A stretch of 64,000 bases of DNA from positions 778-64,777 of the forward strand of contig DASXRT010000089.1 of the NCBI GenBank assembly GCA_036506455.1. Reading direction: 5' to 3'. Source of the DNA: Thermoanaerobaculia bacterium. Lineage in GTDB: Bacteria; Acidobacteriota; Thermoanaerobaculia; Gp7-AA8. Position numbers and translations under genes: made by a program. Under the pieces are notes generated by a model. That model was given only the letters and a program-made list of their open reading frames with translations. It did not search any database and had not been told where the DNA came from. Positions 22,014 to 33,403 of the stretch are shown piece after piece. Within the stretch, counting starts at the first letter, position 1. Each line of letters begins with the position of its first letter.

Positions 22014-24392
22014 TCAGCCTTCGACCTGCCGGTGTGCGAGTATCTTCTCCCGCCCCGTCAGATACAAAACGATGATCAGGGCCGCGAAGGGAGCCAGCGC
22101 CAGCAGATCCGATGAATAGAACGGGTTGTGGCTCGAGAACTCTTCGATCCGCTTGTTGAATCCGGCCATGAACGGCACGCCGGCCATGAAGGCGATGATG
22201 ATTCCCGCGATCGCGCCTCCGGCGATATACCCCGAAGCCATCAACACCCCTGGACTCTTATCGCCCTCGGCGACGAGTTGTTCTTCGGTGAGTGGGCGAC
22301 CGGCGAACTTCCTTCCGCGAATCCACCGATCGACTGCCCACCGAATCAGGCCGCCGGCGAGGATCGGCGACGTCGACGACAGCGGCAGGTAAACGCCGAC
22401 GGCAAATGCGAGCGAGGGAATGCTCGCCAGCTCGAGAACGATTGCGATCATCGCGCCGAGGAGCACGAGTCCCCACGGCAATTTGCTGCCGAGGATGCCT
22501 TTGATGATGTACGACATCAGCGTCGCTTTCGGCGCGTCGAACTTCGGCACGTCCTGTCCGTTCGGGAGTTTGCGGATTGTGCCGTTGATGCCGGGATCGA
22601 CATAGTAGACCGGTTTGCCGGCATCATCGACGAGGTACTTTTCCGCGTTACCACCGGATGGATCCTGGCGGAACCATACGTTGTATTCCTTCGTATCTCT
22701 TCCGCCATTCGGCAAAAAGCCCTTTACGGTGGTACGGCCATGAAATTCGCTCGGCCTGGCGATTTCACCCGGCTGTACGGAACCGGCAGTGAGGCCTTGC
22801 GCCGCACTTCCGACAGGGACGTAAACCGAGCCGGCGTCGTTCAGTTTCAGCAGAATCGGTCCGAGAACGATCGCCGACGCGAGCGCACCGATGAGGATCG
22901 CGATCTGCTGCGAACGCGGAGTCGATCCGACGAGAAAGCCGGTCTTGAGGTCCTGCGACGTCGTGCCGCCATTCGATGACGCGATGCAGACGATGCCGCC
23001 GATCGAGAGCGCTGTCACGAAGTAGTTGCTTCCTGTCCATCCGAGAACAACGAAGACGAGGCATGTCAGAAGCAATGTCGCTACAGTCATGCCCGAGATC
23101 GGATTCGACGTCGACCCCACTTCGCCGGTCAGACGCGATGAGACTGTGACGAAGAGAAAACCAAAGATGATGATCAGAACCGCCGCGGCGAGACGCGCGC
23201 CGAAACCTGTTCCGCCGACATAGAGCGGGCTGGAGAAAGCGATGACGACGACCAGCGCGATGATTCCGATGAGGACGACTTTGATCGGAAGATCGCGGTC
23301 GGTCCTTGGAACCGCGGCGCGTTCTCCCTCACCGGCGCGCGAGGCGGATACGTCGCGCATGCCACCCTTGATGCCGTGCCAGATCATCGGCAGCGACTTG
23401 AAGACGCTGATGATGCCGCCGGCGGCGACTGCGCCGGCGCCGATGTAGAGAACATAGGCATTGCGAATCTGGCCAGGACTCATGTCCTTGATCAAGGTCG
23501 TTCCCGGTGGCAGCGGCGTCGTGAGGCTCGCGCCGAAGTAGTGAATCATCGGGATGAGGACGAGATACGCGAGCACGCCGCCGGCGCACATGATGCCGGC
23601 GATGCGCGGTCCGATGATGTAGCCGACGCCGAGCAGCTCGGGCGAGATTTCCGCGGCCACCGATCCGGCGGCGAACGGCGCTCCGAACACTTTTTCCGGC
23701 GTGTCCTTCCAGGTTCGGAACGCGACCATCGCCGTCTTGTAGATGATGCCGATGCCGAATCCCGTGAAGATCGTCTTTGCGCTCGTGGCGGCACCGCCGA
23801 GCGCTTCCTGCTCGCGTTTCGCCTCCTCCGACGCGGCGTCGCGCGACTCCTGTGACGCGCCAGCCTTCAACACCTCGGCGCATGCTGTCCCTTCGGGGTA
23901 TTTCAGTAGTCCGTGCTGGGCGACGATCAATGCGCGCCGCAGAGGAATCATCATGAGAATGCCGAGCAAGCCGCCGAGGACGGCCACGAGCATCACGCGT
24001 GTGAACTCGAGATCGAAACCGAGGATCAGGATGGCCGGCATTGTGACGCCGACGCCGAAGGCGATCGATTCACCGGCGGAGCCGGCTGTCTGCACGACGT
24101 TGGTCTCGAGAATCGTGGCGTCGCGCGCGCCGAGCTTCGAGAGGATGCGGAAGAGCGTGATCGCGATGACCGCGACGGGGATCGAAGCGCTCACCGTGAG
24201 GCCGACTTTCAGCACGAGGTAGAGCGAGGACGCGCCGAAGATCATGCCGAGAATCGTTCCCATCACGACGGGGACGGGTGTGAGCTCGCGCAATTCGGTC
24301 TGCGCAGGGATGTATGGCTCGAACGTCGGCTCTTCGGGTTTGAAGCCGACGATGTCGGGATACTCTTGCGGAAGCTGCTGAACGGTACTCAT
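22014..24392 (-). CDS. OPT-family oligopeptide transporter
   Basis: Multi-TM protein with OPT-like N-terminal region (…[40 protein letters not shown]) and a long periplasmic insertion. ATG at 24392 (MSTVQQ) with an AGGAG RBS; the ORF-track start at 24410 is TTG. Confidence 0.85.
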   Translation of the reverse strand: MSTVQQLPQEYPDIVGFKPEEPTFEPYIPAQTELRELTPVPVVMGTILGMIFGASSLYLVLKVGLTVSASIPVAVIAITLFRILSKLGARDATILETNVVQTAGSAGESIAFGVGVTMPAILILGFDLEFTRVMLVAVLGGLLGILMMIPLRRALIVAQHGLLKYPEGTACAEVLKAGASQESRDAASEEAKREQEALGGAATSAKTIFTGFGIGIIYKTAMVAFRTWKDTPEKVFGAPFAAGSVAAEISPELLGVGYIIGPRIAGIMCAGGVLAYLVLIPMIHYFGASLTTPLPPGTTLIKDMSPGQIRNAYVLYIGAGAVAAGGIISVFKSLPMIWHGIKGGMRDVSASRAGEGERAAVPRTDRDLPIKVVLIGIIALVVVIAFSSPLYVGGTGFGARLAAAVLIIIFGFLFVTVSSRLTGEVGSTSNPISGMTVATLLLTCLVFVVLGWTGSNYFVTALSIGGIVCIASSNGGTTSQDLKTGFLVGSTPRSQQIAILIGALASAIVLGPILLKLNDAGSVYVPVGSAAQGLTAGSVQPGEIARPSEFHGRTTVKGFLPNGGRDTKEYNVWFRQDPSGGNAEKYLVDDAGKPVYYVDPGINGTIRKLPNGQDVPKFDAPKATLMSYIIKGILGSKLPWGLVLLGAMIAIVLELASIPSLAFAVGVYLPLSSTSPILAGGLIRWAVDRWIRGRKFAGRPLTEEQLVAEGDKSPGVLMASGYIAGGAIAGIIIAFMAGVPFMAGFNKRIEEFSSHNPFYSSDLLALAPFAALIIVLYLTGREKILAHRQVEG

Positions 24393-24470
24393 CGAAGCTC
24401 CTCTATGCAAAAGGGATGCGCCATTGTAATGCGCGCCGATGTGGCAGATGGGTTACTTTGTCCCTAGCCC

Positions 24471-25028
24471 ATGGCCTGGCGCCGCTTCGCCCACGTGATC
24501 GCCTTCGACGACTGCGCCTTCGAGCGTGAACATACCGGTGACGTCGGCCTGATTGGCGCGGTCTTCGCCGGAGCGAGGCTCGATGGTGTCGTGGCGGGGC
24601 GGGTCCGGCGAGACGGCGCGAACTCCGCGGCCGTCATGGCGCGCATGATCTTCGAGTCGCGCTTCGTCCAGCACCTGCAGCTCATCATGCTGCAGGGAAT
24701 CGCCGTCGCCGGCTTCAATGTCGTCGATGTCTTCGAGCTGCATGCCGCGACCGATCTGCCGATCCTGGTCGTGGCGAAGCGCGAGCCCGGTCTCGCTGCG
24801 ATCCGCGACACACTGACGCTGCGTATTCGCGGCGGCGCTCGCAAATGGAACATCATCGAACGGCTGGGCGCGATGGAGCGCGTTCGCGGAGTGTGGGTAC
24901 AACGCGTCGGTCTCACGAAAGACGAGGCCACGGTGATTCTCGAGCGACACGCCGTAAACGGCTACATGCCCGAGCCGCTGCGCGTCGTCCATCTCATCGC
25001 CAGCGGCGTCAGCCCACTCGATCGATGA
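24471..25028 (+). CDS. DUF99/UPF0215-like protein (tentative)
   Basis: 185 aa; IAFDDCAF and LIMLQGIAVAGFNVVDV segments recall DUF99 (an endonuclease V-like fold). Unverified. Confidence 0.45.
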   Translation: MAWRRFAHVIAFDDCAFEREHTGDVGLIGAVFAGARLDGVVAGRVRRDGANSAAVMARMIFESRFVQHLQLIMLQGIAVAGFNVVDVFELHAATDLPILVVAKREPGLAAIRDTLTLRIRGGARKWNIIERLGAMERVRGVWVQRVGLTKDEATVILERHAVNGYMPEPLRVVHLIASGVSPLDR

Positions 25029-25641
25029 TCGGCTGGAGCAATCGTGCGCGACGTTCCACATCGAACCCGACGCTCCACTGCAGCTTGCGCAGATCGATGG
25101 GACAAAGGTGCATCGGCCGCGCGTCGCTCTCGGCGAGGTGATTCGAGCCGTTCATGATGCAGCGGTAGAAGATGCAGTGCGCGACGCCGAACATGTGCGA
25201 TGTCTCGTGCGCGAGCACCTTGCAGCTTCGTCGCAGGACGAGTTTCGGGTCATCGGCGACATAGCGCGCGAAGCTGTAAACACCGACACGCTCGCGCAAC
25301 GAAGCCTGTCCGAACACGAAGTTCCAGGACGGGTCTGGATAAAGATCGATCATGGACGCGGCGATCACGCAGAACGCATCGGTGGGAACGCGATGCTTGA
25401 GGAGCTCGAGGATGTCGCCGGTGAGAAGTTGTCGCTGACCCGATGCGGAATTGCGGCGCGATGTGATCTTTTCCTTTTCGATATCGAGCGCGCCGAGGAT
25501 TTTCACCGGCAGCATGAAGAACGCCGACGCGAATTGCTGGAGAAGCGCCAGGGATGGACTGGCCACAGAAGTGAAATCGCCGAGAGGCTGAAGGTAGATC
25601 GCGTTCCGCTGTTTGTCGGGACGGTTCGGACGCGACGCCAC
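25009..25641 (-). CDS. Archaemetzincin-like zinc metallopeptidase (M54)
   Basis: HETSHMFGVAHC…C…M…CPIDLRKL matches the HExxHxxGxxHC / Cys4 signature. GTG at 25641 avoids overlap with uvrA. Alternatives are ATG at 25728 (62-nt overlap) or the ORF-track start at 25827 (160-nt overlap, unlikely). Confidence 0.7.
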   Translation of the reverse strand: MASRPNRPDKQRNAIYLQPLGDFTSVASPSLALLQQFASAFFMLPVKILGALDIEKEKITSRRNSASGQRQLLTGDILELLKHRVPTDAFCVIAASMIDLYPDPSWNFVFGQASLRERVGVYSFARYVADDPKLVLRRSCKVLAHETSHMFGVAHCIFYRCIMNGSNHLAESDARPMHLCPIDLRKLQWSVGFDVERRARLLQPIIDRVG

Positions 25642-25666
25642 GAACTCTTCGAAATTCTGTCCCGCC

Positions 25667-28438
25667 TCAGGATGATTCGCGAGCCAGTCGTTCGGTCCCG
25701 GCTTCGGAAGTGGTTCGGGCTGATCCATCGAGATACTTTCCTGTAATGCTTCGTTCGTTCGCTGCGATTTCGGCCGGCGTGCCAACAGCCACGACCTCGC
25801 CGCCCAGATCGCCTCCTTCCGGTCCAAGATCGATCACCCAGTCTGCAGACTCGATGAACTGTACGTTGTGCTCGATCACGACGACCGAGTTGCCACGATC
25901 GATGAGGTCGCGGAAGGTCTTGATCAACTGTTGCACGTCGGTGTGATGAAGGCCGGTAGTCGGCTCATCGAAGAGGAACAGCCGCCGTGCGTCACTCTTC
26001 GCGTTTTCGCAGAGGAATGAAGCGAGCTTGAGCCGCTGCGCCTCCCCGCCCGAAAGCGAATCCGTCGATTGGCCCAATCGCAGGTATCCGAGGCCGACCG
26101 AGCGTAGCGCGTCGAGCTTGCGGAGAAGCGGTCGTTTGTCGACGAAGAACTTCCTCGCTTCATCCACGGTCATCTTCAGAATCGCGTCGACGTTCTTGCC
26201 TTTGTACGTAACCTTCAGCACCTGATCGCTGAAACGCTTCCCGCCGCATTTGTCGCAGAGGACTTCCACGTCGGCGAGGAACTGCATGTCGATCATCACT
26301 GTGCCGGCGCCTTCACACGCGTCACATCGGCCGCCGGCAGTGTTGAACGAGAACATGCCCGCGGTGACGCCGTTGAGCTTCGCCGCCGTCGTCTCCGAAA
26401 GGATCTTGCGAATCTCGTCCCACGCTTTGACATAAGTGGCGGGATTCGAGCGTGTCGAGCGGCCGATCGGTGACTGATCGACGAACTGCATGTCGTAAAT
26501 CAGATCGCTGCCCTCGATCGAATCGACTTTGCCGACGTCGATACCGCTGACGCCGCGGAATTCTCGCTGGTAGCGGTTGTAGAGGCAGTTGCGAATCAGC
26601 GTCGATTTGCCGGAGCCGGAGACGCCGGTGACGGCGACGAGTTGCCCGAGGGGAATGGAAACGTCGACGTTCTTCAGGTTGTGCTCGCGGGCGCCACGGA
26701 TTTTTATGGAGTGCGGCGGCTTGCCGCCGCAGTCGGATGGCGGCAGCGAGCTGCCGCACTCCAAGGCCTTCGGCTTGCCTTCATACATCACCTGTCCGCC
26801 GTATTCGCCCGCACCCGGCCCGAGCTCGACCGTGTGATCGGCTCCAGCGATGATCGTGGGGTCATGTTCGACTACGATGACGGTGTTGCCGGCGTTGCGC
26901 AGACGGCGGAGGACGGCGAGCAATCGTTCGCTATCGCGCGCGTGCAGACCCACCGTCGGTTCGTCGATCACATACATCGTCTCCGTCAGCGAGCTGCCGA
27001 GAGCCGCAGCGAGGTTGATGCGCTGCGCTTCGCCACCGGACAGCGTTCGCGTCTGTCGATCCAGCGTGAGATACGAGAGTCCCACTTCGTCGAGATAGAC
27101 GAGACGATTCACGATCTCGCGGCGGAGGTGACCGGCGATCGCCTCTTCCTGCTTCGACATCGGCAGGTACTCCCAGAAACGGCGTGCGCTCTTCACGTTC
27201 ATGGCGAAGAGATCGGCGACCGTGAGGTCGCGGAACTTCACGTTTGCCGCAGCGGTCTTGAGCCGCGAGCCGTGGCAATGCGGGCACGGCTCGTAACTCC
27301 GGTACTTCGCCAGCTTCACGCGAACATGAATCTTGTACTTCTTCGTCTCCAGCCAGTCGAAGAAGCCCTTGATGCCATACCACTTGCCGCGGCCGTTGTA
27401 GAGCAGCTCCCATTCTGTGGTCGTGAGCTGATCGATCGGGACGTCGAGGCGAAGGTTGTATTTCTTCGCCGCTTTCCCGAGATCCTCATAGCAGTCTTCG
27501 TAACCGGGTGAGTTCCATGGCGCAATCGGCAGCTCATCGAGACGCAGCCTGCGGTTCGGGATCACCTTCTCCATGTCGATGCCGATGATCCGGCCGTAGC
27601 CCTGACATTGTGTGCACGCACCGAGAGGCGAGTTGAATGAGAAGAGATGCGGCGTCGGCTCAACGAATTCGGTGCCGCATTTGTTGCACGCGAAGCGGGC
27701 GGTGAATCGATGGCTGATCCAGCCGTCGGGCGATTCCTCCAGCACGTTCACGGTGCCTTTCGACAACTCGAAGGCCTGCTCGATCGCTTCCGTCACTTGA
27801 GTCGAACGCTCGCTGTCGACACGCATGCGCGTGATCACGAGTTCCAGCGATGTGAAGCCGGAGGTGTCGACTTCCTTGAGATCGGCGATCGCCCCGTCGA
27901 TCCAGGCGCGGAAGAAGCCGCCTTTCATGAGCTGCTTGAGCACTTCCACGCGGTTCATGGCATCGAAGAAGATCGGCGCCAGCACAACCACCTTCTTGTC
28001 GTTCAACGAGTCGGCGATAGACGCTGTAATCGACTCCGGCGTCTCTTTGCGCACGAGGATGCCGCAGTCGGGACACCACGTCTCACCGCAGTAGGTCATG
28101 AACAGACGGATGTGGTCGGCGAGCTCGGTCGCGGTCGCCACTGTCGAACGGGCGTTCTTCACGGAGTTCTTCTGTTCGATGGCAATGGCCGGCAGAATGC
28201 CTTCGATCTCGTCGACGTCGGGCCGGTCGATCCGTTCGAGGAACTGCCGGACATAGGTCGACATCGACTCGACGAAGCGCCTCTGGCCTTCCGCGTAGAG
28301 CGTATTGAAGGCGAGCGACGACTTTCCCGAGCCGGACGGACCGGTCAGAACCGTGAGCTGGCGCTGCGGGATCTCGACGGAAACGTTCTTGAGATTGTGC
28401 GTGCGGGCGCCGCGAATGGCGATCGTGCGCGAAGGCAT
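25667..28438 (-). CDS. uvrA: Excinuclease ABC subunit A
   Basis: N-terminus [11 protein letters not shown]; two ABC ATPase modules ([12 protein letters not shown] and [10 protein letters not shown]) with zinc-finger insertions. 923 aa. Confidence 0.95.
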   Translation of the reverse strand: MPSRTIAIRGARTHNLKNVSVEIPQRQLTVLTGPSGSGKSSLAFNTLYAEGQRRFVESMSTYVRQFLERIDRPDVDEIEGILPAIAIEQKNSVKNARSTVATATELADHIRLFMTYCGETWCPDCGILVRKETPESITASIADSLNDKKVVVLAPIFFDAMNRVEVLKQLMKGGFFRAWIDGAIADLKEVDTSGFTSLELVITRMRVDSERSTQVTEAIEQAFELSKGTVNVLEESPDGWISHRFTARFACNKCGTEFVEPTPHLFSFNSPLGACTQCQGYGRIIGIDMEKVIPNRRLRLDELPIAPWNSPGYEDCYEDLGKAAKKYNLRLDVPIDQLTTTEWELLYNGRGKWYGIKGFFDWLETKKYKIHVRVKLAKYRSYEPCPHCHGSRLKTAAANVKFRDLTVADLFAMNVKSARRFWEYLPMSKQEEAIAGHLRREIVNRLVYLDEVGLSYLTLDRQTRTLSGGEAQRINLAAALGSSLTETMYVIDEPTVGLHARDSERLLAVLRRLRNAGNTVIVVEHDPTIIAGADHTVELGPGAGEYGGQVMYEGKPKALECGSSLPPSDCGGKPPHSIKIRGAREHNLKNVDVSIPLGQLVAVTGVSGSGKSTLIRNCLYNRYQREFRGVSGIDVGKVDSIEGSDLIYDMQFVDQSPIGRSTRSNPATYVKAWDEIRKILSETTAAKLNGVTAGMFSFNTAGGRCDACEGAGTVMIDMQFLADVEVLCDKCGGKRFSDQVLKVTYKGKNVDAILKMTVDEARKFFVDKRPLLRKLDALRSVGLGYLRLGQSTDSLSGGEAQRLKLASFLCENAKSDARRLFLFDEPTTGLHHTDVQQLIKTFRDLIDRGNSVVVIEHNVQFIESADWVIDLGPEGGDLGGEVVAVGTPAEIAANERSITGKYLDGSARTTSEAGTERLARESS

Positions 28439-28483
28439 TCGAGGCTACAACGCAAGCGTGCTTAACTGTCTTCCGTACGCTTT

Positions 28484-28554
28484 GGGGTCAGGTCTTCAAT
28501 TTTCAGTTTTTTTCTTCAGGCGGTAGAAAAAAGTGAAAATTGAAGACCTGACCC
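28484..28554. repeat. AT-rich ~30-bp near-perfect inverted repeat (long hairpin) in the uvrA / permease divergent region
   Basis: GGGGTCAGGTCTTCAATTTTCAGTTTTTTTC - 11-nt loop - GAAAAAAGTGAAAATTGAAGACCTGACCC. The right arm contains the GTG start (28533) and the first 7 codons of the permease. Confidence 0.7.
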
Positions 28555-29837
28555 TAACCCGCTCCATCGGTCTGGTGCGCGCCACGGCGATCGTGGCAGG
28601 CATCATCATCGGCGCATCGATCTTCGTTCAGCCGTCAGAGATCAGCCGTCGCGTACCCGATGAGCGCGGCATTCTGCTGGTCTGGTTACTGGCCGGAGTG
28701 CTGACTCTCTTCGGCGCGCTCGTCTGTGCTGAGCTCTCTTCCGCATTCCCGCGTACCGGCGGAGTCTACGTCTTTCTGAAAGAAGCGTGGTCGCCGGCGG
28801 CTGGCTTCCTGTGGGGCTGGGCGATGTTCTGGAGCATGCACTCCGGGATCGTCGCGGCGATCGCTGTCGTCGTGGCGCGATATGTCGGCTTCTTCATCCC
28901 GCTCGCCGATGTTCGCAGCGTGGCCATCGCCGCGATCGCGATCCTCTCGGCGATCAACTACATCGGCGTGCGACAGGGAAGCGCGCTGCAGACCTTTTTC
29001 ACGATCGCGAAAGTTGCAGCGATCGCAGTCCTGCTGATCATCATGACTCAGGCGCCGGGCGCTCATTCCGCGCAGTCGATGCCGTTCCGGCTTCGCGATT
29101 TCATCCTGGCGCTATCGGCAGGACTCTTCGCCTACGGTGGATGGCACATGGTGACGTACACGGCGGAAGAGACCCGCGCGCCCGAAAAGACGATTCCCCG
29201 CGCCCTGCTCCTCGGAATCCTCATCGTCACCGCCTGCTACCTCGGATTGAACGCCGCGTATCTTCATGTGCTGCCGCTCGACCGCGTCATCGCATCGCAG
29301 CGGATCGCCGCTGACGTCGCGACCGCGGTGGCCGGACCGCGCGGCGCTACGCTCGTTTCTCTACTCGTCATCGTCTCCGCCCTCGGCGCGCTGGCCGGCG
29401 TCATCCTCGCCGGTCCGCGTGTCTACTACGCGATGGCGCAGGACGGCCTGCTGTTTCGCCGGATCGGCGCGATTCATCCGCGATTTCGAACGCCGCACCT
29501 CGCGATCGTCTTGCAGGCGGTGTGGTCGTCGATTCTCGTCGCGACCGGAAGTTACCGCGCGCTCTTCACGCGCGTCGTGTACACGGAGTGGATTTTCTTC
29601 GCGTTGATGGCGGCGGGAGTATTCATTCTCCGGCGCCGTGCCGATTACGCCCCGGCATACCGGACATTCGCATTCGTGCCCATCGTCTTCATCGTTTCCG
29701 CGCTGGCGATCGTCATCAACCAGATCGTGGTCGAGCCGATGGAGAGCGCGATAGGATTGCTTCTCGTCGCCGCAGGTCTGCCCGTCTACTTCATCTGGAC
29801 GCGGAGACAAGGAGCCGTCGCCGATGCCGGTCATTGA
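28533..29837 (+). CDS. APC-family amino acid permease
   Basis: 12-TM protein with an APC N-terminal consensus (…ATAIVAGIIIGASIF…). GTG start. Confidence 0.85.
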   Translation: MKIEDLTLTRSIGLVRATAIVAGIIIGASIFVQPSEISRRVPDERGILLVWLLAGVLTLFGALVCAELSSAFPRTGGVYVFLKEAWSPAAGFLWGWAMFWSMHSGIVAAIAVVVARYVGFFIPLADVRSVAIAAIAILSAINYIGVRQGSALQTFFTIAKVAAIAVLLIIMTQAPGAHSAQSMPFRLRDFILALSAGLFAYGGWHMVTYTAEETRAPEKTIPRALLLGILIVTACYLGLNAAYLHVLPLDRVIASQRIAADVATAVAGPRGATLVSLLVIVSALGALAGVILAGPRVYYAMAQDGLLFRRIGAIHPRFRTPHLAIVLQAVWSSILVATGSYRALFTRVVYTEWIFFALMAAGVFILRRRADYAPAYRTFAFVPIVFIVSALAIVINQIVVEPMESAIGLLLVAAGLPVYFIWTRRQGAVADAGH

Positions 29838-30807
29838 TTTTCACAATCACTTCTATCCCGCCGAATATCTCGACGCGCTTCGTGCCGGCGAGAGTTGCGT
29901 GAAGATCACGATCGATGAGGAAGGGAATCCGCGGCTTCACTATCCCGGCGATTACAACATCGCCGTTCGCGGTCATCGCGACATCGCTTACCGCACCAGC
30001 GTGCTCGATGAGTTTGGAGTCGACACTCAGGTGCTGAGCCTCACGACACCGGGCACCCATGTCGAAGAGCCGAAGACGGCGGTGCGACTCGCGCGACTGG
30101 TCAATGACGGCTTCGCGGAGATCGTGAACAGTCATCGCGGTCGTTACGTGGCGATGGCCACGCTGCCTCTTTCCGATCCGCAAGCATCCGCGAAGGAGTT
30201 GGAGCGCGCGTGCCGTCAGCTTCGCTTCGCCGGGGCGATGGTCTTCAGCAACATCAATGGCGTCGCGCTCAGCGATCAGCGATTCTGGCCGGTGTGGGAG
30301 ACCGCGAACGATCTCGGCGCCGTGATCCACATCCATCCGACGTCGCCGGTTGGTGTCGAAGCGATGAAGGAGTTCTGGCTGATGCCGCTCGTAGGCTTTC
30401 CACTCGACACGACCCTCGCCGCGGCGAGCCTCGTCTTCAGCGGCGTCGTCTCCCGTTTCCCCCGGATCAAATGGGTCCTCGGCCACCTCGGCGGCGCGAT
30501 TCCGTACATCGTCGAACGGCTCGATCGCGGTTTCCTCGCGTTCAAGGAATGCCGCGCCAACATCGATCGTCTGCCGAGCAGCTATCTCAAAGAGTTCTAC
30601 TACGACTCGGTCAACTTCGACGTTGGCGCTCTGCGACTGGCGATCGAGTTCGCCGGCGCCGATCACATTCTCGCTGGCAGCGACTACCCGCATCAGATCG
30701 GCAGCCTGCGGCGAATGCTCGACAGCATCTCTGCTCTCGATATCTCAGAGGACGACCGTGAGAAGATCCGCGGCCGCAACACGGCACGACTTCTGTCGCT
30801 CGACTGA
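29824..30807 (+). CDS. Amidohydrolase-2 family protein (ACMSD-like metal-dependent hydrolase/decarboxylase)
   Basis: N-terminal IDFHNHF (HxH) and C-terminal conserved His and Asp residues of PF04909-type TIM-barrel enzymes. 14-nt overlap with the permease. Confidence 0.75.
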   Translation: MPVIDFHNHFYPAEYLDALRAGESCVKITIDEEGNPRLHYPGDYNIAVRGHRDIAYRTSVLDEFGVDTQVLSLTTPGTHVEEPKTAVRLARLVNDGFAEIVNSHRGRYVAMATLPLSDPQASAKELERACRQLRFAGAMVFSNINGVALSDQRFWPVWETANDLGAVIHIHPTSPVGVEAMKEFWLMPLVGFPLDTTLAAASLVFSGVVSRFPRIKWVLGHLGGAIPYIVERLDRGFLAFKECRANIDRLPSSYLKEFYYDSVNFDVGALRLAIEFAGADHILAGSDYPHQIGSLRRMLDSISALDISEDDREKIRGRNTARLLSLD

Positions 30808-31806
30808 TCAGATCCTGATGTTGTGGCGCTGATAGAAGTTGTAATCGCCGAGACGAGCGCGCAACTTTTCAGTGACATCGGCGGGTAGCGTCGCCTCCGT
30901 GGCAGCCACGTTTGACTCAACCTGACGCGCATTGCGCGCGCCGGGGATCACCGTCGACACAGCGTCGTGGGCGAGGACGAACCGAAGCGCACCTTCGGCG
31001 ATGTTGCGCGCCGCGCCGCCGATGATCGCCTTGACCTCATCGACTCGCTGCGTCGCTTCCGTCAGTCGTCGGGACGTCAGGAAGCTTTGACGAACGTCAT
31101 CGGCGGAGAAGACAGTTCCTTCGCGATATTTGCCCGTCAGCAGTCCTGACGCGAGCGGCACGCGGGCGATCACACCGAAGCCACGCTCCTTCGCCATGGG
31201 CAGAAGTTCAGAGGCCGGCGCCTGGTTCAGGACGTTGTAGAGCACCTGGATGGAGTGTCCCCATCCGCGCTTCACGATCTCGAGACCTTCCTCGACGGTC
31301 GAGATCGAAACGCCCCAGAAGCGGATCTTCCCGGCGTCCTGCAGAACATCCATCGCTTCCTGGATCTCTCCGCGTCGCAGATCGTCGACCGTAGGATTGT
31401 GCATCTGATAGACATCGATGTAATCAGAGCGAAGCCGCTTCAGCGATCCGTCCACGGCGTGAAAGATGTGCTTGCGGGAAAAGTCTTTGCGCAGCTCGCC
31501 GGTGGACGTGCGCACCACGCCGACCTTCGTGGCGATGACGACCTCCTGCCTTTTTCGTGAGAGAACGATGCCGAGGAGCGATTCGCTGCGACCGAACCCG
31601 TAGCTGTCGGCAGTGTCGAAGAAGGTGACGCCGAGGTCGCGCGCTCTTCGGATTGCCGTGAGCGAATCGTCGTCGTTGCTCTTGCCCCAGCCCAGAGGCA
31701 TGCCAGAGGCTTCGGCAGTCCCGCCAATGGCCCATGCTCCGAAGCCGATCTCGCTGACTCGGATGCCCGTGCGGCCCAGGATGCGGTACTGCATTCCTGG
31801 TGACAA
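30808..31806 (-). CDS. Aldo/keto reductase
   Basis: YRILGRTGIRVSEIGFGAW N-terminus; catalytic tetrad context (D…Y…K…H); (beta/alpha)8 AKR pattern. Confidence 0.85.
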   Translation of the reverse strand: MSPGMQYRILGRTGIRVSEIGFGAWAIGGTAEASGMPLGWGKSNDDDSLTAIRRARDLGVTFFDTADSYGFGRSESLLGIVLSRKRQEVVIATKVGVVRTSTGELRKDFSRKHIFHAVDGSLKRLRSDYIDVYQMHNPTVDDLRRGEIQEAMDVLQDAGKIRFWGVSISTVEEGLEIVKRGWGHSIQVLYNVLNQAPASELLPMAKERGFGVIARVPLASGLLTGKYREGTVFSADDVRQSFLTSRRLTEATQRVDEVKAIIGGAARNIAEGALRFVLAHDAVSTVIPGARNARQVESNVAATEATLPADVTEKLRARLGDYNFYQRHNIRI

Positions 31807-31819
31807 TTGTAACGGCGAA

Positions 31820-33403
31820 CTACAAGCGCACCTGACGTACTTCCACCATCTCGCGATACGAGCGCAGGAAGTTCAGCGTGTCGGTGTCCAGCGGCGAATC
31901 GACGGTGATAATGGCCATGGCCTTGCCGCCGCTTCCGGTGCGCGCCAGGTTGTACTCGGCGATGTTGATCTCGCGGTCGCCGAGGAGCGTGCCGACTTTG
32001 CCGACGACACCGGGCACATCTTTGTTGATGATGTAGATCAGGTGTCCTTCCGGCTTGAATTCAACACGAAAATTGTTCACCGAAACAATGCGTTGATTCT
32101 TTTCACTAAAAAGAGTACCGGAGACGCACATCTCTTCGGCACCCGATCCGGCGCGAAAGGTGATCAGGTTCGTGTAGTCGTGCGGCACGGGATGCGTCGT
32201 CGAGCTGATGGCGATCCCGCGGTTCTGCGCGACCGATTCGGCGTTCACGAAGTTGACCGACTCGGCGAGGTGTGGCGTGAGAAGTCCTTTCAACGCGGCG
32301 ACGGAGAGGATCTTCGTCAGCCGTTCCTCGATGCCCCACAACTCGATCGCGGCGCGGTTGATCGGGCCGTTCGCGATCTGCGCGGAGAACAGCCCCAGTT
32401 TCTCGGCCAGGCCGATCATGGGCGCGGCGTCGGCGTCCGACAGACCCTCGAACGGCAGGTTCACGGCTGACACGAAGATCGATCCGCGGAGCGCTTCGAC
32501 GACCATCTCCGCCGTCTGCACGGCCACGCGGTCCTGCGCCTCGATCGTGTTCGCGCCGATGTGCGGCGAGAGAATCACGTTCTTTGCGCTAACCAGGGGA
32601 TGTTCCTTGCCGGGCGGCTCCTCTTCGTACACGTCGATCGCCGCGCCGGACACCTTGCCGCTGTTGAGCGCCTCGCCGAGCGCCTTCTCCTCGTAGATTC
32701 CGCCGCGCGCGATGTTCAGGACGATGACGCCGTCCTTCATCTTCGCGATCTCATCGCGGCCGAGCATTCCGCGCGTCTCGTCGGAAAGTGGCGTATGCAC
32801 GGTGATGATGTCGGCTTCCTTCAGGAGTCCATCGAGCGTTACTTGCTCGGCGCCGACGCGCTCGAACGCGGTCGACGCGATGTAGGGATCGTAGGCGATC
32901 ACTCGCATGCCGAATGCACGTGCGCGCGTCGTCACGCGCGACCCGATGCGTCCAAGGCCGACGATGCCGAGGACTTTTCCGTTCAGCTCGATGCCCATGA
33001 ACTTCGAGCGCACCCACTCCCCTCGCTTCACCGATGCATGGGCCTCGGGAATGTTGCGGCAGAGCGAGAGCAGCATCGCCATCGTGTGCTCGGTCGCCGA
33101 CATGATGTTCGCCGTCGGCGCGTTGATGACCAGGATCCCGCGTCTGGTACAGGCATCGACGTCGACGTTGTCGAGACCGACGCCGGCGCGGCCGATGATG
33201 CGCAGCCGATTTCCGGCGTTCACCAGCTCTTCGGTCACCGCCGTCCCGCTGCGCGTGATGAGCGCGTCCGATTCGGCGACCGCGCGAAGAAGATCCGGCC
33301 CTTTCAAACCGGGCCGGTAATCGAGCACGACGTCTTTGGCTGCGCGAAGGATCTCGAGACCCGAATCGGCGAGCGTGTCGGTGACGAGCGCGCGATGTGT
33401 CAT
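31820..33403 (-). CDS. serA: D-3-phosphoglycerate dehydrogenase with C-terminal ACT domain
   Basis: 2-hydroxyacid-dehydrogenase NAD motif GIVGLGRIGS and a C-terminal ACT. True ATG at 33403 (MTHRALV); the 179-codon upstream extension in the ORF track is low-complexity Arg-rich shadow. ATGA overlap with the serC-like gene. Confidence 0.9.
   Translation of the reverse strand: MTHRALVTDTLADSGLEILRAAKDVVLDYRPGLKGPDLLRAVAESDALITRSGTAVTEELVNAGNRLRIIGRAGVGLDNVDVDACTRRGILVINAPTANIMSATEHTMAMLLSLCRNIPEAHASVKRGEWVRSKFMGIELNGKVLGIVGLGRIGSRVTTRARAFGMRVIAYDPYIASTAFERVGAEQVTLDGLLKEADIITVHTPLSDETRGMLGRDEIAKMKDGVIVLNIARGGIYEEKALGEALNSGKVSGAAIDVYEEEPPGKEHPLVSAKNVILSPHIGANTIEAQDRVAVQTAEMVVEALRGSIFVSAVNLPFEGLSDADAAPMIGLAEKLGLFSAQIANGPINRAAIELWGIEERLTKILSVAALKGLLTPHLAESVNFVNAESVAQNRGIAISSTTHPVPHDYTNLITFRAGSGAEEMCVSGTLFSEKNQRIVSVNNFRVEFKPEGHLIYIINKDVPGVVGKVGTLLGDREINIAEYNLARTGSGGKAMAIITVDSPLDTDTLNFLRSYREMVEVRQVRL

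Noticed and set aside
24425-24450. Apparent palindrome tgcgccattgtaatgcgc in the OPT / DUF99 spacer
   Set aside because: On checking, the sequence is not equal to its reverse complement.
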